In this document: positions 1 to 9,683 of the stretch, in pieces
Numbering within the stretch: position 1 is the first letter of the stretch
How the letters are laid out: every line of letters starts with the position of its first letter
Source of the DNA: Alistipes sp.
GTDB taxonomy: Bacteria > Bacteroidota > Bacteroidia > Bacteroidales > Rikenellaceae
Direction of reading: 5' to 3'
NCBI GenBank assembly: GCA_017531305.1
Contig: JAFXLG010000069.1
Coordinates: 17,933-81,932, forward strand
DNA length: 64,000 bases
Notes under the pieces: generated by a model
Database searches by the model: none
Seen by the model: only the letters and a program-made list of their open reading frames with translations
Told to the model about the DNA's origin: nothing
Translations under genes and position numbers: made by a program

Positions 1-730
1 ACATATAGTTAAAGTGGTTCGAGCGACCTTCAATGCAATCGCGACCTATCATGTCGAAGTTCATATAACCCTTAACTTTCTTAATGTCTGTAAAATTATT
101 GGCAAAATACTGTGAGCCACATAGTCCTTTCTCCTCGCCATCCCACAAGGCAAAGATCACCGTCCTTTCGGGCTGCTGACCAGTGGCAAGGAATGCTTGT
201 AAAATCTGAAGCACAGCCTGTACGCCTGATGCATTGTCATCTGCTCCATTGTAAATTTTATCGCCCTCAAGCATGGGGTCATATCCCAGATGGTCGTAGT
301 GAGCACCAACGACAACGATTTCATTGGGATTCTTTCCTTCTATTTTGACAAGGATATTGCGCATGTGGGCTACACGATGGGGACCCTGCTTTATCTGCTC
401 TATTCCTTCTGGGACAACGGTGAAGCCCGACGCTTTGCTGTAATATAGAGCATATCCCTCGAATGGTTGCACAAAACTATCGCTAAATAAAGGAGTTGCT
501 CCCATCTGCGTGAGGGTAGAGACGAGATATTCTCCAGCGATGCGTCCCCACTCGCTGCCCGCTTCACGACCCTTCAACGCATCAGATGCAAGGAAACCAA
601 CATGCGCCTTTGCTGTGGCGAGGTTAATGGCTTGCAATCCTTTCTGCTCGGGTGTAATCTTATCTTTTTTTGCCTCGATAGGCATTGTTGCCATTACAAA
701 TATGGCAAACAAAAGAAAAATCTTCTTCAT
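1..730 (-). CDS. M28 family metallopeptidase, secreted (partial, 3' end runs off the window)
   Basis: Not in the ORF track; translated by hand from ATG at 730: MKKIFLLFAIFVMATMPIEA signal peptide, FLASDALKGREAGS, VVGAHYDHLG, NGADDNASG, WDGEERGLCGS, NFDMIG = M28 zinc-binding motifs. Confidence 0.9.
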   Translation of the reverse strand, partial: MKKIFLLFAIFVMATMPIEAKKDKITPEQKGLQAINLATAKAHVGFLASDALKGREAGSEWGRIAGEYLVSTLTQMGATPLFSDSFVQPFEGYALYYSKASGFTVVPEGIEQIKQGPHRVAHMRNILVKIEGKNPNEIVVVGAHYDHLGYDPMLEGDKIYNGADDNASGVQAVLQILQAFLATGQQPERTVIFALWDGEEKGLCGSQYFANNFTDIKKVKGYMNFDMIGRDCIEGRSNHFNYM

Positions 731-780
731 TCTTACGACTTATAAATTATATCAACCTTATGTTTTATTCTGTAAAGACA

Positions 781-3700
781 CTACTTCGTCTGCTCCAGCA
801 TAACAGGTCCGATAAGTCCCGAGGCTGGAATCGCGCTTGAGGCGTTGTATGGGTTGGCGGTGAGCGATATTTTGCGCTCCTCGGCTGGAAGCTGCAAATC
901 TCCCACTATGCGGTTAACCCATTTGTTGACAACCTCTACGCGTAACGTGTTCTTACCTTGCTGCACATATTGTGAGATGTTGACCGAGTATGGAGCGCAC
1001 CAAGCACCTCCTGCTAATTGATCGTTCACATAGACCTTAGCCATAGACTCCACACGTCCCAGATTTAGGCGAATCTGCCCAGAGGTATCTTCGCAAGAGA
1101 ACTCTGTGGTGTAGTTCATCGTGCCTGAAAAATATTTTAGATCCTTATCTTCGCTGAGCGAGAAATCCTTCAGACGTTGCAATGTGATAGGCTCGTGAGA
1201 AGATAACTTTCCCTCGAACTCCACGCGCCATGGAGCTGTAAGCTCTACACTTTGGGTGGCAGCAGGGAAGTTCTGCTCGGTGGTAGGAACTTTAGCAGCG
1301 CTACGGAATACGATAAATCCGCTACCCAATGCCTCGAGCGAAATCGGAAGCGTGATACCACCATCGACAACCTCAAATTCTGGCAGGGCGCGAATCGATC
1401 CATCCACAGCATCCCAAAACTCAGGGCGCAGAGTCCTGTCAACACGGAATGTTGGATTGATAGAGATTCTGCGATTGCTCTGGTTGGAGATGAAGTATAT
1501 CTCGGCACCCATCGTAGAACGGTGGTTGAAAAGCACGGGATCGCTCTGTCGTGTGGCACAATCGGGAGTCAGCCCCATCTGGGCAAAGACCTCCTCCAAA
1601 GAGTATCCATTATAGATGCATCCCTTGCCATATTTGTTTGAGCCGCGTTTGTCGAAGGCTTCACCCCAAAGTTCGCGTGCCATCTTCTCGATCTTTGCAT
1701 CGGATGCAGGGTAGTCCTTGAGACTTGGGGAGTGAGTGGGAGCCTCTCCCAAAACTATAGCTCCATCCTTGACCAATCGCTGAATCTTCTCCAACAATTC
1801 GGGGCGCATGCTCTTTACCGGAGGCAGTACCAATACCTTGTAGGATGTGCCGTGAGGCAGAATTATGTTGCCTTGAGCGACATTTGCATTGAGCAGAAGC
1901 ACCTCGGCGTTGATATAATCGAACTGATAACCCTTAGGCAACGCAGGACTTTGCAGACCCGTCATCTTGGGTGCATCCTCGCCTATGAGATATGCCACGT
2001 CTGCCATATTCAATCCCTGCTGCAACATGTAGTTGCAACGTTTGGTGTAGGTCGTAAAGAGATCCAGATGGCTATACCATGTGTTGTGGGCGTCAAACTC
2101 GTTACCAAACCATGCGTTGATACCGGGGTAACGTGCTGTGTCTGCCTGCTCGATGTAGAGGTGTAGAAGTGTGGCGTTGATACCCTCCGTAAAGAAGCGG
2201 TCGGTACGTTGTTTCATATCAACAGGCGTGCGCGAATAGGCTGGACCGCCCGAGGTGTTGGACTCAGCCCAAATCACAGGCTTGCCATAGATGTGACCGC
2301 ACGATGATGCAGCGCGATTCTCTATGTCACCCAATTCTCCTACGCTCCAGAACTCGCCGCCAATCTCGTCCGATTGACCGCCGTATTGCAAGAACTCGCC
2401 AGGGAAACCCCAATGACCGTAACACTCAAGCCATGTGGTGAGTCTATGAGCGTTGCTTATCTCTTTCAAACCTCCGACATATTCATAAGCTACGCGGTCG
2501 GCAATGAAACGTCTTACATCCCAAAGGAAACGGTTGCTTTGGTCGGTATCGCCCACAACGTAGCCGTAATATGTGGGCAGAAATGGGATCATCGAGTAGC
2601 CGTATTCCTGCTCAAATTGGTCGATCATCTCATCGGTAAAGTTCTGTCCACCAGTTTCGTAGCTATCCTGTACCACTACTCTGAATGTGGTGCGATCCTT
2701 TTCGGGGATACGCTTTAGGATCTGACCGATGAAGGCATTGAAGTGAGTCTTGACATGCTTGCGGCTCATCTTGTCGATCTCAAGACCTGTGGCTTCGGGT
2801 GTGGCTGGTGAATTGGTGACGCCCGTAGGTGTCATGCCTGTACGCAGGATTACCCACTCGCCCTCGGGTACATCCCAAGCAATAGTGCCGTCAGATGAGA
2901 TCTTATCGCTCAGGTCGATAACCCTCTCAGGGTCAATGGCGTGGGACTTGCTGTCGAGCTTAGGCTCATCAGCCCACATATAGTGATCCCAGTAAGGCAG
3001 AGGTGTCTGGCACATCTTTGTGAGTGTCTTTTCGGCGTATGACGATATGCGAGGCATTGCCGAGAGCTCCACGCTCTGGATACCTCCTGCCTGAGATGAA
3101 GGGTCTAATGTAAGACGGAATTTTGAAGCAGTAGTCTTGCTAAATGTTATTGTAGCAGGGGCATAGGGGATAAATCCTACGTTAAGTGCTGCGTTCGAAC
3201 GGTCTATCTTAAAGTCTGATATTCTCTGCCACTTGCCTGCTATGTAGGCGTCTAAATGAGCTGTTACATTCATCGGGCGTTGGCTCATATGTATTGTAAG
3301 TGAACGTACGTCAAGTTCCTCTTCGAGTGTCAGCTCTAACTGATTCTCCACTCCCTGAGGCAGAGCCATAAGGTCAATGGGTGTGGTGTGGCGTGAGGTG
3401 TAATTGATCGCCACTTTAGGCGAATGATATCCTTCGGGTGCAGGGTAGGCGATGGTGCGTACCGCCTGAAAATCCTTCGTAGGATTAGGGATCTGGGTAG
3501 AGAGTTTCTGAGGTCCGTGGACTGCAATCTGAGCCGAACTTAAATATCGCATCGCTTCGTTGGGCTTTACCCAAGGACCTCCCGACTGACTCCAGCCTGG
3601 GGAGTTGAAGATGCCGATCTCGATATCGAGTTCCGATGCGGTTTTGAGTGCCGTGTGGAGAATCTCCCACCACTCATCGGAGAAAATCTTGACGTTGCGC

Positions 3701-3945
3701 TCGGTGTAGAGCCCATCTTGACCGATGTCGCCAATGAATGCACGGTTGATGCCAGCACGCTTCATCGCTTTGAGATCTTCGATGACTCCCTCTTTAGAAA
3801 TGTTGCCCGAAATCCAATACCAATATACAGCGGTCTTGACCTCCGATGAAGGGTCTTGGAAGTTCTTTTCCATCTCGGCTTGTGAGCATGAACAGAGTGC
3901 TATCGCCAGCGAAAACAGTAACGAGATCTTATGGATAAAATTCAT
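781..3945 (-). CDS. GH106 alpha-L-rhamnosidase-like lipoprotein
   Basis: Lipobox IALCSC; YWYWISGNISKEG, FNSPGWSQSGGPWV, DSYE, GEFW, WAES motifs typical of GH106; C-terminal GH2-type sugar-binding domain. ATG 3945 preferred because the upstream TTG lies inside the -7 promoter box. Confidence 0.85.
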   Translation of the reverse strand: MNFIHKISLLFSLAIALCSCSQAEMEKNFQDPSSEVKTAVYWYWISGNISKEGVIEDLKAMKRAGINRAFIGDIGQDGLYTERNVKIFSDEWWEILHTALKTASELDIEIGIFNSPGWSQSGGPWVKPNEAMRYLSSAQIAVHGPQKLSTQIPNPTKDFQAVRTIAYPAPEGYHSPKVAINYTSRHTTPIDLMALPQGVENQLELTLEEELDVRSLTIHMSQRPMNVTAHLDAYIAGKWQRISDFKIDRSNAALNVGFIPYAPATITFSKTTASKFRLTLDPSSQAGGIQSVELSAMPRISSYAEKTLTKMCQTPLPYWDHYMWADEPKLDSKSHAIDPERVIDLSDKISSDGTIAWDVPEGEWVILRTGMTPTGVTNSPATPEATGLEIDKMSRKHVKTHFNAFIGQILKRIPEKDRTTFRVVVQDSYETGGQNFTDEMIDQFEQEYGYSMIPFLPTYYGYVVGDTDQSNRFLWDVRRFIADRVAYEYVGGLKEISNAHRLTTWLECYGHWGFPGEFLQYGGQSDEIGGEFWSVGELGDIENRAASSCGHIYGKPVIWAESNTSGGPAYSRTPVDMKQRTDRFFTEGINATLLHLYIEQADTARYPGINAWFGNEFDAHNTWYSHLDLFTTYTKRCNYMLQQGLNMADVAYLIGEDAPKMTGLQSPALPKGYQFDYINAEVLLLNANVAQGNIILPHGTSYKVLVLPPVKSMRPELLEKIQRLVKDGAIVLGEAPTHSPSLKDYPASDAKIEKMARELWGEAFDKRGSNKYGKGCIYNGYSLEEVFAQMGLTPDCATRQSDPVLFNHRSTMGAEIYFISNQSNRRISINPTFRVDRTLRPEFWDAVDGSIRALPEFEVVDGGITLPISLEALGSGFIVFRSAAKVPTTEQNFPAATQSVELTAPWRVEFEGKLSSHEPITLQRLKDFSLSEDKDLKYFSGTMNYTTEFSCEDTSGQIRLNLGRVESMAKVYVNDQLAGGAWCAPYSVNISQYVQQGKNTLRVEVVNKWVNRIVGDLQLPAEERKISLTANPYNASSAIPASGLIGPVMLEQTK

Positions 3946-3978
3946 AATTCTGAGTGTAGTTTTATGGTTAATTATTAG

Positions 3979-3986
3979 CAAATGTA
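3979..3986 (-). promoter_or_regulatory. Bacteroidota sigma-A -7 element (TACATTTG) for GH106
   Basis: Matches TAnnTTTG, 34 nt upstream of the ATG. Confidence 0.6.
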
Positions 3987-4025
3987 GCTAAAATCTTTCG
4001 AATGCCCTTCTATGAAGGGCGATAT

Positions 4026-4057
4026 TTTGGTATTATGGTCAAAAAAGTGTACTTTTG
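4026..4057 (+). promoter_or_regulatory. Promoter for ftsY operon (TTTG-N20-TACTTTTG)
   Basis: Both -33 TTTG and -7 TAnnTTTG at canonical Bacteroidota spacing. Confidence 0.7.
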
Positions 4058-4100
4058 TCAAGATAACAGCCCCGCGTGGGCATAAAATTAAAGATAGAAT

Positions 4101-5213
4101 ATGGGATTTTTTGACCTTTTTAAGAAAAAGAAAGATAATGCGGAGCCTACGTCTCAGCCCTTGCAGTCGGAAGATAAGACTTTAGAACAGGATGCTTCGT
4201 TAGGCAATCAGGCTCAACAAGAGGCTCAGACGACAGAGCAGCCACAGCATGCCGAGGAGCAGACGGCGGCTGAGGAACAGCTGAGGAGCGAAGAACTCTC
4301 GGCTAGTCTGGAGAAGACCAAGAGCGGTTTCTTCTCTAAGTTGGCGCGTGCTATAGCTGGTCGTTCAACAGTTGATGCCGATGTGCTGGATGATCTGGAG
4401 GAGGTGCTTATCACCTCGGACGTGGGCGTGGAGACCACCGTGAAGATCATCAATCGAATCGAGGAGCGTATTGCGCGCGATAAGTATATGAATACCTCGG
4501 AGCTGAACTCTATTCTGCGCGATGAGATTGCATCGCTGATGGAGGAGTCGCACTCTTCGACTCGCGACATGGGGCTGGAGGTAAAGCCCGGTATGCCATA
4601 CGTTATGATGGTCGTGGGTGTGAATGGCGCGGGTAAGACCACTACCATCGGTAAACTCGCTGCCCAACTCACCAAATTGGGTCGCAAGGTCTATATCGGT
4701 GCTGCTGATACATTCCGCGCAGCGGCTATTGATCAGTTGGCGGTGTGGGCAGATCGCGCAGGAGCTACCATGATCCGTCAAGAGATGGGCTCGGATCCAG
4801 CTTCGGTGGCTTATGATACGCTAAAGTCGGCGGTGGCAAATGGTGCCGATGTGGTGCTGATCGATACGGCAGGTCGTTTGCACAATAAAATCGGTTTGAT
4901 GAACGAGCTTACCAAGATCCGTAACGTGATGTCGAAGGTTATCCCCGATGCGCCACACGAGGTGATGCTGGTGTTGGATGGCTCTACGGGTCAGAATGCC
5001 TTTGAGCAGGCTCGCCAATTTACTCAGGCTACGCAGGTAACATCGCTCACAATCACTAAGTTGGATGGTACGGCTAAGGGAGGTGTGGTGATCGGTATCA
5101 GCGATCAGTTCCATATCCCTGTGCGTTATATCGGTATTGGCGAGGGCATCGACCAGCTTCGTATGTTCGACCGCCACGATTTTGTCAAGGCTCTATTTGG
5201 AGAGAAGAAGTAA
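4101..5213 (+). CDS. ftsY: Signal recognition particle receptor FtsY
   Basis: GVNGAGKTTTIGKLA, DTFRAAA, DTAGRL, TKLDGTAKGG; acidic/Gln-rich N-terminal A domain. Confidence 0.98.
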   Translation: MGFFDLFKKKKDNAEPTSQPLQSEDKTLEQDASLGNQAQQEAQTTEQPQHAEEQTAAEEQLRSEELSASLEKTKSGFFSKLARAIAGRSTVDADVLDDLEEVLITSDVGVETTVKIINRIEERIARDKYMNTSELNSILRDEIASLMEESHSSTRDMGLEVKPGMPYVMMVVGVNGAGKTTTIGKLAAQLTKLGRKVYIGAADTFRAAAIDQLAVWADRAGATMIRQEMGSDPASVAYDTLKSAVANGADVVLIDTAGRLHNKIGLMNELTKIRNVMSKVIPDAPHEVMLVLDGSTGQNAFEQARQFTQATQVTSLTITKLDGTAKGGVVIGISDQFHIPVRYIGIGEGIDQLRMFDRHDFVKALFGEKK

Positions 5214-5222
5214 GAGAAGTAT

Positions 5223-6089
5223 ATGGGCAGAAATATCATAGATGCTATTTGTACTATAATTCGTACGCCTGACTACACAATTCGTACTCGTAATCAAGCG
5301 CACAACCGTGCAAATGCAATGGGCGAAGCTCTTGAAGAGTACGTGCAGGATGCTTTTTGTGATGCTATTGGTGAGGATAATCACCAAGTGCGATTGCGTA
5401 AGATTAGTCAAACATTCTCATATACCGCCAATCAAAACAATCCACCAGATGCAATGCTGTGGGGTAGTGATGCGATAGAGGTTAAGAAAGTGGAAACTAT
5501 GTCTGGAGGAATCCCTCTGAATAGCAGTTATCCTAAAGCTAAGCTCTATTCTGATGATAAAATGATTACTACGGAGTGTAAAAATTGCGAGCAGTGGAGT
5601 GAGAAGGATATGATATATGCCATAGGCGTTGTAAATGACCGAAAAAGGGAGTTACGCGCTTTGTGCTTGGTATATGGTAGTGATTATTGTGCGGACAAGG
5701 AGGTCTATGAGCGTATTAAAAATATAATAAAAAAAGGGGTGGAAGATATCCCAGGGGTGGAGTTTGCCGAAACAAATGAATTGGGGCGAGTAAACAGAGT
5801 AGATCCTTTGGGTGTAACATATCTGCGAGTGAGAGGTATGTGGCATATAGAACACCCATTGAAAGTTTTTAGCCCATATTTTAGAGTAGATCCTAAAGAT
5901 AGATTCTCTTTAATGGCAATTATCAATGATGAAAAGTTTGAATCTTTTGATAATAACCATTTATTGTACGAACTTGCGGAAGAAGTAGCTGGATTAGAGA
6001 TTCAAGATATAGATATCCCAGATCCAAATAATCCTGCACGATTAAAATCGGCAAAATTAATAACATATCGTTACAATGAAGCTAATTAG
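5223..6089 (+). CDS. Type II restriction endonuclease, NgoPII family (predicted GGCC)
   Basis: [20 protein letters not shown]...DAIEVKK (PD-(D/E)xK), [32 protein letters not shown] are NgoPII-family hallmarks; adjacent HaeIII-like methyltransferase. Confidence 0.88.
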   Translation: MGRNIIDAICTIIRTPDYTIRTRNQAHNRANAMGEALEEYVQDAFCDAIGEDNHQVRLRKISQTFSYTANQNNPPDAMLWGSDAIEVKKVETMSGGIPLNSSYPKAKLYSDDKMITTECKNCEQWSEKDMIYAIGVVNDRKRELRALCLVYGSDYCADKEVYERIKNIIKKGVEDIPGVEFAETNELGRVNRVDPLGVTYLRVRGMWHIEHPLKVFSPYFRVDPKDRFSLMAIINDEKFESFDNNHLLYELAEEVAGLEIQDIDIPDPNNPARLKSAKLITYRYNEAN

Positions 6090-7077
6090 CCTATTTTGCG
6101 GTGCTGGAGGGTTGGATTTAGGTTTTCATAAAGCTGGTTTTACAACTATTGCAGCTAACGAATTCGATAAGAAAATTACTCCGACATACAAAGCTAATTT
6201 CCCTAATGCGTTGCTTATTGAGGGAGATATTCGTAACGTGTTTTCTTCAGAGTTCCCCGATGCCGATGGTATAATTGGTGGACCTCCTTGTCAATCATGG
6301 AGTGAGGCGGGAGCTTTGAAGGGGATTAAAGACCAGCGTGGACAACTTTTTTATGAGTATATTCGCGTCTTGAGGGATAAACAACCTTTGTTCTTTGTTG
6401 CAGAAAATGTGTCAGGAATGATGGCGCAGCGACATTCGCAGGCTGTAAATCATTTTATTGAATTATTCCGTCAAGCAGGCTATAATCTATTCATTAAGAT
6501 GTTAAATGCTAATGATTATGAAGTAGCAGAAGATAGAGATAGGGTTTTCTTTGTCGGATTTCGCAAAGATTTGGGAATAACAAATTTTAATTTCCCCAAA
6601 CCTATTGCGAATAAGCCAACTCTTAAGGATTGTATTTGGGATTTAAAAGATAATGCAATAGCAGCACTTCCTAAGAATAAAAGTAATGGAGATAGATGTC
6701 ATGTTGCCAATCACGAGTATTTTGTGGGCGATTTTTCTCCTATCTTTATGTCTCGTAATAGAGTTCGCGCATGGGATGAACCAGCCTTTACGGTGCAGGC
6801 CAGCGGAAGACAATGCCAATTACATCCTCAGGCTCCTAAAATGGAAAAGATCGGTAAGGATAAGCAACGCTTTGTTGTGGGTAAGGAGAATTTATATCGT
6901 AGGATGACAGTCAGAGAGGTTGCCCGAATACAAGGTTTCCCCGATGATTTTAGGTTTATATATGATGAAGTAAACTACGGTTACAAAATGATTGGCAATG
7001 CTGTGCCTGTGAATTTGGCGTATCATATTGCTATGCAAATAAAACAAACTTTACAAGAAGTAGGTATAGAAGGATGA
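6076..7077 (+). CDS. DNA (cytosine-5) methyltransferase, M.HaeIII/M.NgoPII-like (GGCC)
   Basis: [26 protein letters not shown]; target-recognition segment [32 protein letters not shown] closely matches M.HaeIII as I recall it. Confidence 0.93.
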   Translation: MKLISLFCGAGGLDLGFHKAGFTTIAANEFDKKITPTYKANFPNALLIEGDIRNVFSSEFPDADGIIGGPPCQSWSEAGALKGIKDQRGQLFYEYIRVLRDKQPLFFVAENVSGMMAQRHSQAVNHFIELFRQAGYNLFIKMLNANDYEVAEDRDRVFFVGFRKDLGITNFNFPKPIANKPTLKDCIWDLKDNAIAALPKNKSNGDRCHVANHEYFVGDFSPIFMSRNRVRAWDEPAFTVQASGRQCQLHPQAPKMEKIGKDKQRFVVGKENLYRRMTVREVARIQGFPDDFRFIYDEVNYGYKMIGNAVPVNLAYHIAMQIKQTLQEVGIEG

Positions 7078-8384
7078 AAAAAATCAATGTCATAACTCTC
7101 GGATGCTCCAAAAATACGGTTGATAGCGAGCATTTGATGGCGCAGCTGGCGGCAGCGGGCTATGTGGTGGTGTTCGATAGCGAGCGTACAGATGCCGATG
7201 TGGTGGTAATCAATACCTGCGGTTTTATAGGCGATGCCAAGCAGGAGAGTATCGAGATGATTCTCTCGGCAGTGGCGGCAAAGCAGGAGGGTAGGATTGA
7301 ACGATTGTTTGTAATAGGTTGCCTGAGTGAACGTTATGCCGATGAGTTGCGTGAAGAGATACCCGAAGTAGATGAGTATTTCGGAGTCAAGGATTGGGCA
7401 GATATAGTGAAGGCTTTGGGTGGTGAGTATAGCCAAGAGCTATCCACCGAGCGAGTGTTATCTACGCCCAAGCACTATGCCTATCTGAAGATCTCGGAGG
7501 GTTGTAATTGGATGTGCGGATATTGTGCCATTCCGCTTATCAGAGGCAAGCACGTCTCTGTGCCGATGGAGGATGTGTTGAAGGAGGCGCGCTTGTTGGC
7601 GGCGAAGGGTGTGAAGGAGCTTATGGTGATAGCTCAAGATACCACATACTACGGCATAGATCTCTACGGCAAACGCCGTTTGGCAGATCTGCTCAGCGAG
7701 TTGTGCCGTGTGGAGGGCATCGAGTGGATACGTCTGCACTATGCCTACCCTGCAGCATTCCCCGAGGATGTGATTGAGGTGATGGCGCGTGAGCCTAAAA
7801 TCTGTAAATATCTTGACATCCCGTTCCAGCACATCTCAGACAACATACTCTCGGCAATGAAACGCCGTCACGATAAGGCTGAGGCGTTGGAGCTTATAAA
7901 GCGTCTGCGCAAGGCGATTCCCGACATTGCGTTGCGTACTACACTTTTGGTGGGTTATCCAGGTGAGACGGAGCAGGATCAGGCTGAATTGGAGGAGTTT
8001 GTGCGTGAGGTGCGCTTCGATCGTTTGGGCGTATTCCCATATTCGGAGGAGGAGGGTACATATTCGGCACGCGAGCTTCGGGATGATGTGCCAGATGATG
8101 TCAAGGAGCTTCGCGCGGCTCGTGTGATGCAGATTCAGGAGCAGATCTCGCTTGAGAATAATCTTCAGCGCGTGGGACGTACCATGCGAGTTATCGTTGA
8201 TTCTCGTCAGGGCGATTACTATGTGGCACGCTCGGAGTATGATTCACCTGAGGTAGATCAGGAGATTTTGATCCCTGTGGAGTTGCGTCAGCTTCGCAAA
8301 GGCGGCTTCTACGAGGTGAAGATTACGGGTGCTGAGGATTATGATCTCTATGGCGAGGTTGTAGCACCTTGGAGTAAAAAATAA
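7074..8384 (+). CDS. rimO: Ribosomal protein S12 methylthiotransferase RimO
   Basis: [26 protein letters not shown] radical SAM motif, C-terminal TRAM domain. Confidence 0.96.
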   Translation: MKKINVITLGCSKNTVDSEHLMAQLAAAGYVVVFDSERTDADVVVINTCGFIGDAKQESIEMILSAVAAKQEGRIERLFVIGCLSERYADELREEIPEVDEYFGVKDWADIVKALGGEYSQELSTERVLSTPKHYAYLKISEGCNWMCGYCAIPLIRGKHVSVPMEDVLKEARLLAAKGVKELMVIAQDTTYYGIDLYGKRRLADLLSELCRVEGIEWIRLHYAYPAAFPEDVIEVMAREPKICKYLDIPFQHISDNILSAMKRRHDKAEALELIKRLRKAIPDIALRTTLLVGYPGETEQDQAELEEFVREVRFDRLGVFPYSEEEGTYSARELRDDVPDDVKELRAARVMQIQEQISLENNLQRVGRTMRVIVDSRQGDYYVARSEYDSPEVDQEILIPVELRQLRKGGFYEVKITGAEDYDLYGEVVAPWSKK

Positions 8385-8409
8385 CCTTAGGGCGTTTTTT
8401 GACCGTTTT

Positions 8410-8441
8410 TTTGTGGAAATAAGAAAATTTTTCTATCTTTG
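8410..8441 (+). promoter_or_regulatory. Promoter for the zapB-like/zapA/6S/rny operon (TTTG-N20-TATCTTTG)
   Basis: Canonical -33/-7 pair. Confidence 0.7.
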
Positions 8442-8469
8442 AGTGTTAAATCTGATTTAATTCGCCACG

Positions 8470-8772
8470 ATGGCTTGTAAAAGTATTATAAACCATATCA
8501 CAGCTCAGGTCGAGAGAGTAATCTCGCAGCATGAGAAATTGGAGGCAGACTTCCAAGAGGTGTGTCGTGAGCGTGATGCGTTGAAGCTCTCGCTACGCGA
8601 GCATCAGGAGCAGATTCAGCAGCTCAAGGATGAGGTGAAGCGACTGAGACTTGCCGAAGGTTTGGGCGGAGCAGGATCAGATAAGGCAAAATCAAGAGCG
8701 CGTATCAACCAATTATTGCGGGAGGTTGATAAGTGCATAGCATTGCTCACTAAGGAGCAAGAGATAAGTTAA
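8470..8772 (+). CDS. Coiled-coil ZapB-like cell division protein
   Basis: 100 aa heptad coiled coil ending RINQLLREVDKCIALL, typical of the Bacteroidota gene preceding zapA. Confidence 0.75.
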   Translation: MACKSIINHITAQVERVISQHEKLEADFQEVCRERDALKLSLREHQEQIQQLKDEVKRLRLAEGLGGAGSDKAKSRARINQLLREVDKCIALLTKEQEIS

Positions 8773-8774
8773 CC

Positions 8775-9086
8775 ATGGCAAAGCAAAAGATAAACCTCAG
8801 GGTTGCAGGTAAGGCATACCAGATGACCATTGATAGCGATAAGGAAGAGGTATATCGCTTGGCGGAGCGCGATGTAAACGCCAATGTTGGCGAGGTGCAG
8901 CGTAACTTCGGAGACAAGATGTCTCTGCAGGATTGCTTGGCAATTACTGCTTTGCGTTATGGTATTAACTCGATTGCGATTTCGCGACAAAACGAGATGA
9001 GTGATGAGGATCTGAAGGCTCTCGATACTCTCTCGCAGCGTTTAGATAAGCATCTAAATCGACTCTCAACCTCTAAGAAAGGTTAG
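8775..9086 (+). CDS. zapA: Cell division protein ZapA
   Basis: INLRVAGKAYQMTI...EEVYRLA...QDCLAITAL pattern; conserved position upstream of rny. Confidence 0.88.
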   Translation: MAKQKINLRVAGKAYQMTIDSDKEEVYRLAERDVNANVGEVQRNFGDKMSLQDCLAITALRYGINSIAISRQNEMSDEDLKALDTLSQRLDKHLNRLSTSKKG

Positions 9087-9132
9087 TCGCCTTACGACCT
9101 CCATCCCCGAGGTGCCGATGTATAAGAAAGGT

Positions 9133-9340
9133 GCCATAAGAGAGCCAAGAAGGGCAAGAGGGGCATAGACGGGATGCAAGAGAAGTGAGAGGGGCGCAAG
9201 AAGGGTGTAGGCGAAAGAGGAGCGTGAGAAAGGTGAGAGACGCAAGAGGGGCAAGAAGGGCAAGGGTTAAACAACGTATGTCGCGTTAGAGTCGTTGAAT
9301 GACGCAAAAGACGCAAGAGAGGCAAGGGCGTAAAGGCACG
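9133..9340 (+). repeat. Degenerate purine-rich ~9-nt tandem repeat (consensus about RRGGCAAGA)
   Basis: Units such as gagccaaga/agggcaaga/gacgcaaga/ggggcaaga/aaggtgaga in two blocks between zapA and the 6S RNA. Confidence 0.75.
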
Positions 9341-9446
9341 AGTGACGTTATGTTATACGAGAATAGGTGATAATGTCCCGTAGGAGAGGAAAAGCCCGAG
9401 TCCGAATTGCAAGTAACAAGTAAATAGGTTCTTTACATAGAGATCT

Positions 9447-9642
9447 TCCCGCATAGATTTCCTTATAGCTTTGCGAAACTGAACACTTATTATATTGGGT
9501 AAACTCTCGGTTTCTCAAAATCAGGCCTTAACCCCTTCGGGGGTGTGTACGCACCGTTGGAAGGTTGCGAACTCCGGAGCCCCACACCTTGACTTATCGG
9601 CAGATTCGTCAAACAAGAAAAGGAAACGCTATGCGGTTTTTT
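9447..9642 (+). ncRNA. ssrS: 6S RNA
   Basis: Termini pair (CCGCATAG 9449-9456 with CTATGCGG 9629-9636; TTTCCTT with AAGGAAA), giving a ~190-nt rod followed by a U-tract; 6S-like CTGAAC and GGAGCCCCACACCTTG segments; zapA-6S synteny. Confidence 0.85.
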
Positions 9643-9683
9643 GTTGAAAACTACATTACATACAATATTAACAACTTATAACT

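Noticed and set aside
4004-4020. Hairpin GCCCTTC-TAT-GAAGGGC between the divergent GH106/ftsY promoters as an invertible-promoter repeat
   Set aside because: The arms are adjacent and do not flank a promoter; no recombinase. It could be an operator but nothing supports that.
5214-7077. R-M cassette as a mobile element
   Set aside because: No transposase, integrase, terminal repeats or target duplication visible.
9066-9325. Minus-strand ORFs (65 and 77 aa, with CPSCPSC)
   Set aside because: By-products of the purine-rich repeat; no promoter, low-complexity translation.
9133-9340. Possible CRISPR array
   Set aside because: Units are ~9 nt, degenerate and lack unique spacers; no cas genes.
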